From Patescibacteria group bacterium (GTDB taxonomy: Bacteria; Patescibacteriota; Microgenomatia; UBA1400; PJMF01): a stretch of 64,000 nt of DNA. The DNA is taken from the NCBI GenBank assembly GCA_052035325.1, contig JBPOHR010000011.1:8131-72130 (forward strand), in the 5' to 3' direction. The notes beneath the pieces were generated by a model that saw only the letters and a program-made list of their open reading frames with translations, had not been told where the DNA came from and ran no database searches. Shown here in pieces: positions 56,158 through 64,000 of this stretch. The translations under genes and the position numbers were made by a program. The first letter of the stretch is position 1. Each line of letters begins with the position of its first letter.

Positions 56158-57577
56158 GTTGATACGAAAGTGCCTCCAATACATGTTGTTTTTCGATGAT
56201 TGGGCTGTTTTCTAAGTCCGCGATGCTTTGACTGATGCTCACAAGATGGTTGAGTCGACGGATAGAGTGTCCTTCAACTGAGATATTGTGGAGTGTCTCG
56301 AGGGCTGCCACATCCCAGCGGGAAAAGTGCTCAAAATTGTGTAGCTGTAGATCTGAGTTCCACTGCATACCGCTTTTTTCAAAGCGTACATGTTGGATTT
56401 TTTGAATGTGCAGTAGTCTATCAAGTAGCTGCAGTGAAGTTGTAGTACCAGGTAGTGGAGATATTTCCTCTTCCACTTGGATATGGAGCCCAATTCGATC
56501 GTTAAACGCGCCTGAAACTCGACGCGTGTACTGTTGAATTTGCAAAGGTGTGCAATGGCAGTCGTGTTGCTGACTCCCTCGCCAGCCGCACGGACATTGA
56601 TTCATGGTACCAAGCAGTAAGAACCGACAAGGAAATGTCCGATGAGCTTCACCACGAGCAAGGGCGAGATGGCCGGATGACAAAGGCTCTCGTAGTGCCT
56701 CGAGGGCAGCACGAGGAAATTCTGCAAGTTCATCCAACAAGAGCACTCCTTGATCGGCAAGTGTCACTTCTCCAGCTTGTAGGTTGGTACCACCACCAAT
56801 CATGCCTTGGGTGCTGATACTATGGTGAGGCTGACGAATTGGTGCGTGTGGATGTGAAGCGCGCCAGAGTTCTGCCGCGGCGGTAGCCAGCATGGTCTTC
56901 CCTACTCCTGGTGGACCAGATAGCAGACAGTGATGATGCCCGATGAGAGAGATTAGGAGTGCACGTTTAGCAGTAAGTTGGCCATGGATACCGGCAAAAT
57001 CGATTGAAAAATGAGGTGGCGTTGGTGTTGTAGCTTGCAGCCGTACCTGAGGCAACTGTTCGACATGCCCTTTCATCGTTACTAGGTCAATCAATTTTTT
57101 CAACACGTACGTATCGGAAATTTCACTACTGCATGGGACAACAATTCTGGAAAAACCTTGTTGGCGGGCAAATGTTACCAAGTGCTCAAGGTGTGCAACA
57201 GGTTTGATACCTCCGTCGAGGGCCAGTTCGCCCAGCCACAACACTTTCTGCGAAATAGGTGGAATTGCTTGCGCTATCTGAAGCAGGCCGACTGCCATTG
57301 CTAAGTCGAGACCTGCACTCGTTTTCTTGAGCTCGGCAGGCGAAAGATTAATAATGGTACGCTTACTTTTTAGCCGAATATTGCAGCTAGCCAGTGCAGA
57401 TAAGAGGCGTTCGCGCGCTTCGTGAAGGGCCTGAGTAGCTAATCCAATGACAATTAATTGCGGAATGCCTTGGCGACTATTGACTTCGATCTCTACAAGA
57501 TGAGGTTGATGGTTTACGAGCAGGACGGAGTACGTTTTTGCTATCACAGTCACTAGTATGTGGCACCAACCTGACAA
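56042..57577 (-). CDS. comM: Mg-chelatase-like AAA+ ATPase YifB/ComM family
   Basis: N-terminal Lon-protease-like domain, Walker A LLSGPPGVGKTMLA, sensor motifs; 3' end overlaps uppP convergently. Confidence 0.85.
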   Translation of the reverse strand: MSGWCHILVTVIAKTYSVLLVNHQPHLVEIEVNSRQGIPQLIVIGLATQALHEARERLLSALASCNIRLKSKRTIINLSPAELKKTSAGLDLAMAVGLLQIAQAIPPISQKVLWLGELALDGGIKPVAHLEHLVTFARQQGFSRIVVPCSSEISDTYVLKKLIDLVTMKGHVEQLPQVRLQATTPTPPHFSIDFAGIHGQLTAKRALLISLIGHHHCLLSGPPGVGKTMLATAAAELWRASHPHAPIRQPHHSISTQGMIGGGTNLQAGEVTLADQGVLLLDELAEFPRAALEALREPLSSGHLALARGEAHRTFPCRFLLLGTMNQCPCGWRGSQQHDCHCTPLQIQQYTRRVSGAFNDRIGLHIQVEEEISPLPGTTTSLQLLDRLLHIQKIQHVRFEKSGMQWNSDLQLHNFEHFSRWDVAALETLHNISVEGHSIRRLNHLVSISQSIADLENSPIIEKQHVLEALSYQPNEALLPPKVPQWSRTPRLNNTIQTIETSRARSPTVTI

Positions 57578-57612
57578 GAAGCGTGACGCGAGTATATTGA
57601 GGAACTCTTGAG

Positions 57613-58659
57613 CTAGATTCGAGCAATTTGCTCAATCAAGCGGTTGCAGTAGCCGTACTCATTGTCGTACCAACTCACCACTTTGACCAGATCACCATCC
57701 ACTACATTGGTTAGCGAAAGATCGACAATCGACGACTCGGGGCGACCAACGATGTCGTGCGAGACGATGGCTTCATCGGTGACAGCGAGGATGCCTTGCC
57801 ACTCGGGTTGCTGCGAAGCAGCGATGAGTAGCTGATTGACCTCTTCTTTGGTGGTAGGTCGGTTGGTGACAAACACCATGTCGGAAATGGAACCCACAGG
57901 TGTGGGCACACGGATAGATAAACCGTCAAACAGACCTTTGAGCTCGGGTATTACTTGGGTGACGGCGATTGCCGCGCCCGTACTGGTCGGGACGATATTT
58001 TGTGCGGCCGCGCGGGCGCGGCGCATATCTTTATGTGAATTGTCGTGGAGATTCTGGTCGTCAGTGTAGGAATGAACGGTGGTCATCATCGCTTTCTTAA
58101 TGCCGATGCCATGGTGGATGACGGCTGCCACCGGTCCGACACAGTTGGTAGTGCAGGAGGCGTTGGAGACAATTTTGGCAGCAGGGTCAAATTGATTGAT
58201 GCCGATAATGCCAGTGGGAATATCTTCTCCCTTAGTGGGAGCAGAAATAATCACTTTTTGTGCACCAGCTGTCAGGTGAGCACCAGCTTTTTCGGTATCG
58301 GTAAAGGCGCCCGTAGACTCGATGACTACCTCTACTCCACTGGCGCCCCAAGGTATTTTGGCTGGATCACGTTGGGCGGTGACAGTAATGTCGGGCACTC
58401 CTTGGCCCAGATGGATGACACCCAGAACTGGTTGTTCATCGGTAACTTCTTTGCGAGTGCGATGTTGAGTGTAGCTAATTTGGGCATTAAATACCCCATA
58501 ATTCGAGTCATATTTAAGCAAATGAACCCAGTCAGCAATATCCATGGAGCCAGAGGTATTGATGAGTTTTAGTTCGAGCGTGTCGCGGTGTTTCTCGTAC
58601 CAGACGCGAAATGTAGTTCTACCGATGCGGCCGAAGCCGTTAATGCCGAAAGTTTTCAT
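57613..58659 (-). CDS. gap: Glyceraldehyde-3-phosphate dehydrogenase
   Basis: MKTFGINGFGRIGR NAD-binding start; active site SNASCTTNC. Confidence 0.95.
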   Translation of the reverse strand: MKTFGINGFGRIGRTTFRVWYEKHRDTLELKLINTSGSMDIADWVHLLKYDSNYGVFNAQISYTQHRTRKEVTDEQPVLGVIHLGQGVPDITVTAQRDPAKIPWGASGVEVVIESTGAFTDTEKAGAHLTAGAQKVIISAPTKGEDIPTGIIGINQFDPAAKIVSNASCTTNCVGPVAAVIHHGIGIKKAMMTTVHSYTDDQNLHDNSHKDMRRARAAAQNIVPTSTGAAIAVTQVIPELKGLFDGLSIRVPTPVGSISDMVFVTNRPTTKEEVNQLLIAASQQPEWQGILAVTDEAIVSHDIVGRPESSIVDLSLTNVVDGDLVKVVSWYDNEYGYCNRLIEQIARI

Positions 58660-58737
58660 AGATCACACTATATACTATTAGGGTTATTTCCGCTAACATT
58701 TGCTTATTGAGGGAGCACTTGTTTAATCAAGCTTTTA

Positions 58738-59985
58738 TTAGCTAACAGCCTTTAATTCATATAAATGTGGTGAACCATATGGCTGGTTGATAGCTAGTGC
58801 GGCAACCTTTCGACTACTTTTTTTTCTTTGTTCCTCAATTCTTTTCTTAATTTCAACTTCCGCAGCTCGTAAACCATCCGAATTAGCGTTTTCCCTATAG
58901 GAAAACACATGTTCAGCAATCCACTCCTGACTATATCCTGCTAAGAGCAAGGCTTGTACTATTTTACGATAATCCTGTTTTTTTACGGCAACGACTGCGG
59001 TATCAAAAGCAACTTGTAACTGGCTACTACCATTCTCAGCTAGTTTAATATGATCTTTGTCAACAACATCTGACATGACGCGCTCTTGATCATGCTGCCA
59101 GCCTTTGGGATATGCAAATATACCCGATTCTGGGATTATATTCTCAGGAGCAAATCCTAAGATAACTGTTCCATACTGTTCAACGCGATCGTTTCTAAAA
59201 TAGATTTTATCAGCGTCGGTGGGATTAAAGGGACTGCTTAGTTCGATATCTTTTGTTGTTCCCAAAGCTACTGAATGATCTTTTAATGTTTCATAATACT
59301 CGGGGTGCTTATTTCTAAGCCAAGACTGTGTTGCTAAACCACCGACTACAATCATGTTTAAAAAATGATTTGGTTTAGTTGAGTGGAACCAAACCTCAAG
59401 TGGAATTTTACTTGAAATCTCTTGCGCGTCGTCCAGAAGATCAGCTTGAACTAGTTCTGTTGATGGTAAGTCATCCCTTTTCGCTTGCGAAATGACACCT
59501 CGGTTTGAATCTGCTCTTATTTGTATTTCTGGTAATAGTTGAGCAACATTTAACTCTTGGTACACTTCACGCAGATCTAAGGAATCGGGTCGAGCCCATT
59601 CTTGTGTTTGAACCTCCTTTTGGCTTGTGTCGATTTCAGATTTTAAAGAAAAATATTCGTCATCACCAAGACCCCAATTAAGTTCGCGAAGTCGCTTTTC
59701 TTTAGCAAAAGCTTCTTGGGGCGTCATTCCGGTTGATGTCGCTTTTCCCCTAGACAACCTAGTTACGTTGAGTTCTGCTTCAAGTTGCAACTTCTCATCG
59801 CGCAGCCTCTGTTGGTAATCTGCGAAGGCTTTTGTTGCATCCTTAAAACGAGTGAGTGAAGCCTGATATTGACTCTGATCAAAACCAAGATCAGTTGTAC
59901 CCAAAAATGTATCAGTACTAGAGTCGGTCTTAGATAATAAAGTGATACCAACCGCAGATTGATCAGGACTATAGCCTTCTACCAT
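58738..59985 (-). CDS. Hypothetical protein (415 aa) in an AT-rich patch
   Basis: Long ORF, lower GC than neighbours, no recognisable motif. Confidence 0.4.
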   Translation of the reverse strand: MVEGYSPDQSAVGITLLSKTDSSTDTFLGTTDLGFDQSQYQASLTRFKDATKAFADYQQRLRDEKLQLEAELNVTRLSRGKATSTGMTPQEAFAKEKRLRELNWGLGDDEYFSLKSEIDTSQKEVQTQEWARPDSLDLREVYQELNVAQLLPEIQIRADSNRGVISQAKRDDLPSTELVQADLLDDAQEISSKIPLEVWFHSTKPNHFLNMIVVGGLATQSWLRNKHPEYYETLKDHSVALGTTKDIELSSPFNPTDADKIYFRNDRVEQYGTVILGFAPENIIPESGIFAYPKGWQHDQERVMSDVVDKDHIKLAENGSSQLQVAFDTAVVAVKKQDYRKIVQALLLAGYSQEWIAEHVFSYRENANSDGLRAAEVEIKKRIEEQRKKSSRKVAALAINQPYGSPHLYELKAVS

Positions 59986-60009
59986 GTACAGTTCCTAAAT
60001 TATTTCTTT

Positions 60010-60753
60010 CTACTCCATCACCGTTTCCACTTCATTACTGCAATACGTGCCGATATCTTCGCCCATCACGGCTTTGATCAAATTCTCATGCTCAAACAAC
60101 TCGAACACCATCAATGGCATGTTGTTATCCTTGCTCATGGCCAGCGCTGCTGTATCCATGACTTGTAGACCTTGCTTGACGGCGTCTTCAAAACTGAGCG
60201 TTTTGTAGCGGCGGGCATCTTCATGTTTCATTGGATCTTTGTCATAGATACCGTTTACTTTTGTAGCTTTCATCAATACATCGCAGCCTAGCTCCAGTGC
60301 GTGCAGAGAAGCCCCTGTATCAGTAGTGACATAGGGTACGCCGGTGCCGGCAGCGAGAATAACCACTCTCCCCTTCTCCATGTGTCGGATAGCTCTGCGA
60401 CGAATAAAGCTCTCGGCTACAGCCGGCATTTCCAGTGCAGATTGAACGCGAGTGGGCACGCCCACTTTTTCCAGTGCATCTTGCAGAGCCAACGCGTTCA
60501 TCACCGTGGCAAGCATGCCCATGTAGTCAGCAGTAGCGCGCTCGATACCATTTTTGGAACCAGCGATGCCGCGGAAAATATTGCCGCCGCCAATCACCAC
60601 TGCCACTTGCACACCTTGCTCGTATACTTCTTTGACTTGTTCGGCAACTTGCAGGGCGGCAGCTGGATCGATACCATATTCGCGATTACCAATCAGCGAC
60701 TCGCCGCCGACTTTGAGCATGATGCGTTTGAAACGAGGTTGTGAGTTGGACAT
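60010..60753 (-). CDS. pyrH: UMP kinase
   Basis: KRIMLKVGGE amino-acid-kinase start, UMPK-length, GGGNIFRG motif. Confidence 0.9.
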   Translation of the reverse strand: MSNSQPRFKRIMLKVGGESLIGNREYGIDPAAALQVAEQVKEVYEQGVQVAVVIGGGNIFRGIAGSKNGIERATADYMGMLATVMNALALQDALEKVGVPTRVQSALEMPAVAESFIRRRAIRHMEKGRVVILAAGTGVPYVTTDTGASLHALELGCDVLMKATKVNGIYDKDPMKHEDARRYKTLSFEDAVKQGLQVMDTAALAMSKDNNMPLMVFELFEHENLIKAVMGEDIGTYCSNEVETVME

Positions 60754-60762
60754 GGGACCTTT

Positions 60763-61167
60763 CTAAGGGTTGTTATGCTGTTTGGCGCGTCGTTTGGCAA
60801 GTGCCGACGAGTAACGCTCATGGATTTGACGAAACTCTTGTTGGAGGACCTCAAGCTCTTCATCTTCCAATTCTTCAATATCGACGAGTGAGGTGCGAGC
60901 ACCTTTAACAGCTCGAAGCAGTTCATCGACTTTGATATGGAGGGCTTTTGAGTCACGATTTTGTGTATTTTGAATTAAGAACACCATTAAGAAAGTGATA
61001 ATGGTGGTGCTGGTGTTGATTACTAACTGCCATGTATCGGAAAAGTGGAAGACGGGGCCGGTGGTGCCCCAGATTAGTATGACTGAAGCAGCGATAAGAA
61101 AGGCAGCGGGAGTACCTACTGCGTAGGACGTTTTTGTAGCAAGGTGGCGAAAGAAGTTTGAGTTCAT
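60763..61167 (-). CDS. Small membrane protein, low-affinity iron permease (PF04120)-like
   Basis: ...FSDTWQLVINTSTTIITFLMVFLIQNTQNRD... plus C-terminal coiled acidic segment, as remembered for this family. Confidence 0.4.
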   Translation of the reverse strand: MNSNFFRHLATKTSYAVGTPAAFLIAASVILIWGTTGPVFHFSDTWQLVINTSTTIITFLMVFLIQNTQNRDSKALHIKVDELLRAVKGARTSLVDIEELEDEELEVLQQEFRQIHERYSSALAKRRAKQHNNP

Positions 61168-61173
61168 AGCGTG

Positions 61174-62214
61174 TTAGCGACGTAGTTGATTGAGTCGAGC
61201 TTTGAAGCGCAGCGCTTTCCATCGCAGCGAGTCGGCGAAGGTAAATAACTGGTAAAAGCGGCTATCAAGTACCAGATCATAGGTGCCGACAAACTCAATT
61301 AAAGCACCCCCATAGCCTTTTTTGAACCGGTGAAACCCAAACCAGGGATCTTTTTCATCTGGCTCTGGGCCTAGTGAACCCCACATATCAAACATCGTAC
61401 AACCTTGATTTTTGCCAAAGCGGATCATTTCCCACATCATCAGGTTGCTCGCCATCACTTCGCGGTGAGCTGAACTTGAGGCGCCATACGGATAGTACAG
61501 GACACCATTGAAGACAAACATGATCCAGGCTACGAGCACTTGCCCTTCGTACATTGCATGAAAAATGCGCATCATGCCACTTTCGCCCAGTGCTTTCCAC
61601 ATGGTGCGGAAGTATTCAGGTGAATGGGCATAGAATCCTTGACGATTGGTGGTTTCTGCCAGGACGGTCAGGTACGCTTCTAAGCCTTCAGTTGATGTAT
61701 TTTCGACGATTTCTACACCTTTTTTGTGCGCGACATTGACGTTGTAGCGAGTTTTGCTGTTTAGGTTGGCAAAGAGTTCTTCTTCACTTGGGGTGAGATC
61801 AAGCTGAAACGTATATTTAGTGAAGAGCGGTTTACCTGCCTGCGCGCCGTGTTTGAGCAAAAATGTACTAATGTCATAGTGACCTGAAGGTGTCCCGGCT
61901 GGTTGTCCCACATTTGGTTCTAATTTGATGAATAAAGCGTTGTGTTGTTTACCTATTTGCTCCAGGGCCGCGAGTTGCTCTTCATCAGGCATAAAACCCT
62001 TGGGGAAGTACCCAGCCTTTTTGCCCAAGACGGGAATAGGATGAAATGTGACTTGGAGGGCTTTTTGAAGTCTACCATCATCAAAAAAACCAATCCGCTC
62101 AACTTCTAGTCCGGTAGCTCGTCTGAACTCACCCCATTCCCAACTTTGCAGAGGATGTTGAACCGCTGAGTTGTAGAGGGCTCGTTCTTCGGGGCGGAGG
62201 GGTCTGAGGAGCAT
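61174..62214 (-). CDS. FemAB-family peptidyltransferase (peptidoglycan interpeptide bridge formation)
   Basis: GNAT-like duplicated fold; length and central coiled region typical of FemX/FemAB. Confidence 0.55.
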   Translation of the reverse strand: MLLRPLRPEERALYNSAVQHPLQSWEWGEFRRATGLEVERIGFFDDGRLQKALQVTFHPIPVLGKKAGYFPKGFMPDEEQLAALEQIGKQHNALFIKLEPNVGQPAGTPSGHYDISTFLLKHGAQAGKPLFTKYTFQLDLTPSEEELFANLNSKTRYNVNVAHKKGVEIVENTSTEGLEAYLTVLAETTNRQGFYAHSPEYFRTMWKALGESGMMRIFHAMYEGQVLVAWIMFVFNGVLYYPYGASSSAHREVMASNLMMWEMIRFGKNQGCTMFDMWGSLGPEPDEKDPWFGFHRFKKGYGGALIEFVGTYDLVLDSRFYQLFTFADSLRWKALRFKARLNQLRR

Positions 62215-62237
62215 AGGTCTATTGTACTGGTATTCTT

Positions 62238-64000
62238 CTATTCTTCCAAAAATTTCTTGATATCCATTTCACCGGTTAAGACTGCATCTAGCATATCATC
62301 GTCTATAACTAAGTGGCGACCTTTTGGTGTAGCTGGTTTGCGCCAGGCTGAGCGTTGACCAGTATAGGCTTGAGAAGTTGCAAAACTATTTTGGACGTAT
62401 GCATCTCCCCCACTACTGCGTTGTTCGACGAGGCTTTCGGGGATATCGCGAAGGAAACGACTGCGTAAACCATAGGTTGGTGTACCAAAAATCCAGCGGA
62501 CACGGGCATAGCTTAGGTACAGTTTTTCTTTGGCTCTGGTGATGCCGACGTAAGTGAGGCGACGCTCTTCTTCCATTTGTGCTTTGTCGAGTAGTGAGCG
62601 GGAGTGGGGCAAAATGCCATCTTCCATACCCACTACAAAGACAACCGGAAACTCCAAACCTTTGGCAGAATGCAGGCTCATGAGTGTCAAGGTGTCGCGC
62701 TGATCGGCTTTTTCGACATCAGCTAGGTAGTCATCTTGGACGAGGGCAACATTTTCCAGAAACACCCGCGAATCGGTAAACTGACTGGCAACGTTTTGAA
62801 GTTCTTGGATGTTTTCAATTCGGGCAAAATCTTCGGGGTCCTCTTTATCAAATTGATCCAAATAATTGGTTGCTTTGAGGATGTGCTGTAGTAGCTCGAG
62901 AGGTGCGGTTGCGGTGGTTGCATCTTCGCCAAGTGTGTCTCGCCAGAGCAAAAAGGCCTCTAGGCGGCGTTTGCCAAGCTTGAGAACTCGTTCATGGCTA
63001 ACGGTATCTTGTGGATTGACGACGAGGCGCAAGTACGCCAGGAGATCTTTGATTTCTTTTCGTTCGTAAAACTTAAAGCCGCCTACTAGGCGATACGGTA
63101 TACCTGCACGCACTAGTGCTTCTTCAAAAGGTCGAGATTGTGCGTTGGTGCGGTACAGTACCGCCATGTCTGAGTACGAATATGTTTTGTGGAGCTGGCG
63201 GACTTCATCGACGACGGTGCGCGCTTCGTCATCGCCGGTTTCACTTTCGAGTAAGACAATCGGTTCGCGATTGGTATTTTCAGTCCAGAGCTGCAGAATC
63301 GGAAAGTCATTTCCTTTCGAAATTACTGCTGTAGCTGCATCGAGAATGGTCTGCGTTGATCGATAGTTCTGCTCGAGACGATACTCGGCAATGTCATTAA
63401 AATCCTGTTTCAAATTGAGCAAATTACGATAGTCAGCTCCCCGCCAAGCATAAATGCTTTGGGCAAAATCACCTACTATGTAGACATTGTTTTGTGGCCG
63501 AGCAAATAATTTGGTGAGCTGATACTGGACCTTATTAGTATCTTGATATTCATCAACGAGGACGTGTGTCAATTGGGTCTGATACCGGTCAAGCACCGTT
63601 TTTTGACTCTGGAGTAGTTCGACTACCTTGAGTAATAAGTCATCGAAATCAACAGCCTGCTGTTCTTTGAGTGCCAGTTGGTACAGTTTGTAGATGCGAG
63701 CGGTGAACTCTTGGAATTGACCACTCGCCAATTGTTCATATTCTTGCCAAGTGAGCATCTCATTTTTGGCTTTTGAGATTGTGGCTTTGACGGCGTTTGG
63801 GTTGTGTTCTTTGGTGCTGTAGCCTTGGCTTTTATAAATCTGTTTAATCAGAGAAAGTTGGTCATCAGCATCATAAATGCTGAAACCTGGTTTGAGTCCC
63901 ACGTGATAGCCATCTCGACGCAGAATATTGGCAGAAATTCGATGAAAAGTCCCCGAGAATGGCAACTTGGCTCCAGTTAGACTCTGAACGCGTTGTCCCA
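62238..64000 (-). CDS. uvrD: ATP-dependent DNA helicase UvrD/PcrA family, 5'-truncated by the window edge
   Basis: Motifs TFHRISANILRR (Ia), VLVDEYQDTN (II), QNYRST (IV), VGITRAKEKLYL (VI); the reading frame is open upstream of 63965 to the window end, so the Walker A lies outside the window. Confidence 0.85.
   Translation of the reverse strand, partial: GQRVQSLTGAKLPFSGTFHRISANILRRDGYHVGLKPGFSIYDADDQLSLIKQIYKSQGYSTKEHNPNAVKATISKAKNEMLTWQEYEQLASGQFQEFTARIYKLYQLALKEQQAVDFDDLLLKVVELLQSQKTVLDRYQTQLTHVLVDEYQDTNKVQYQLTKLFARPQNNVYIVGDFAQSIYAWRGADYRNLLNLKQDFNDIAEYRLEQNYRSTQTILDAATAVISKGNDFPILQLWTENTNREPIVLLESETGDDEARTVVDEVRQLHKTYSYSDMAVLYRTNAQSRPFEEALVRAGIPYRLVGGFKFYERKEIKDLLAYLRLVVNPQDTVSHERVLKLGKRRLEAFLLWRDTLGEDATTATAPLELLQHILKATNYLDQFDKEDPEDFARIENIQELQNVASQFTDSRVFLENVALVQDDYLADVEKADQRDTLTLMSLHSAKGLEFPVVFVVGMEDGILPHSRSLLDKAQMEEERRLTYVGITRAKEKLYLSYARVRWIFGTPTYGLRSRFLRDIPESLVEQRSSGGDAYVQNSFATSQAYTGQRSAWRKPATPKGRHLVIDDDMLDAVLTGEMDIKKFLEE

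Overview
The window is 64 kb at roughly 47-50% GC from a small-genome bacterium; the gene content and context (secretin-less type IV pilus locus, minimal housekeeping set, no biosynthetic operons) fit a CPR/Saccharibacteria-like organism. Housekeeping genes: xerC/D-family recombinase, gyrA, gyrB, ppa, holB-like, rpsP plus a KH protein, rnc, nusB, recG, tyrS, a class A PBP, the infC-rpmI-rplT-pheS-pheT block in E. coli-like order, tig, miaB-miaA, uppP, comM/yifB, gap, pyrH, a FemAB-family protein and a 5'-truncated uvrD/pcrA at the right edge. RNA genes not explained by the ORF track: tRNA-Ala(GGC), tRNA-Val(GAC), tRNA-Cys(GCA) and an RNase P RNA (rnpB, about 54312-54655). The dominant accessory feature is a split type IV pilus system. 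Part one (8.8-24.5 kb) is pilB-pilT-pilC-pilA-pilD, a PKD-domain protein, four pilin/pseudopilin genes and a tandem-repeat protein; an oppositely oriented pilin-like gene sits next to an 834-aa Cys-rich secreted protein and two further secreted/membrane proteins. Part two (26.4-29.7 kb) is pilX-like-pilM-pilN-pilO. The two parts are separated by an AT-rich island (about 30-38% GC) carrying a SAM-dependent methyltransferase and a nucleoside 2-deoxyribosyltransferase (NDT)-like protein. A clear paralog of that NDT-like protein lies in a second AT-rich patch at 33.4 kb, convergent with an orphan P-loop NTPase. Also notable: two 27-bp palindromic sites of identical architecture flanking the xer-tRNA-Ala segment, a 3x54-bp perfect tandem repeat inside a pilus-locus gene, an 18-bp perfect inverted repeat ahead of tRNA-Cys, a DUF62 SAM hydroxide adenosyltransferase-like gene, and several unassignable ORFs in AT-rich patches. 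No CRISPR array, transposase or rRNA was seen.
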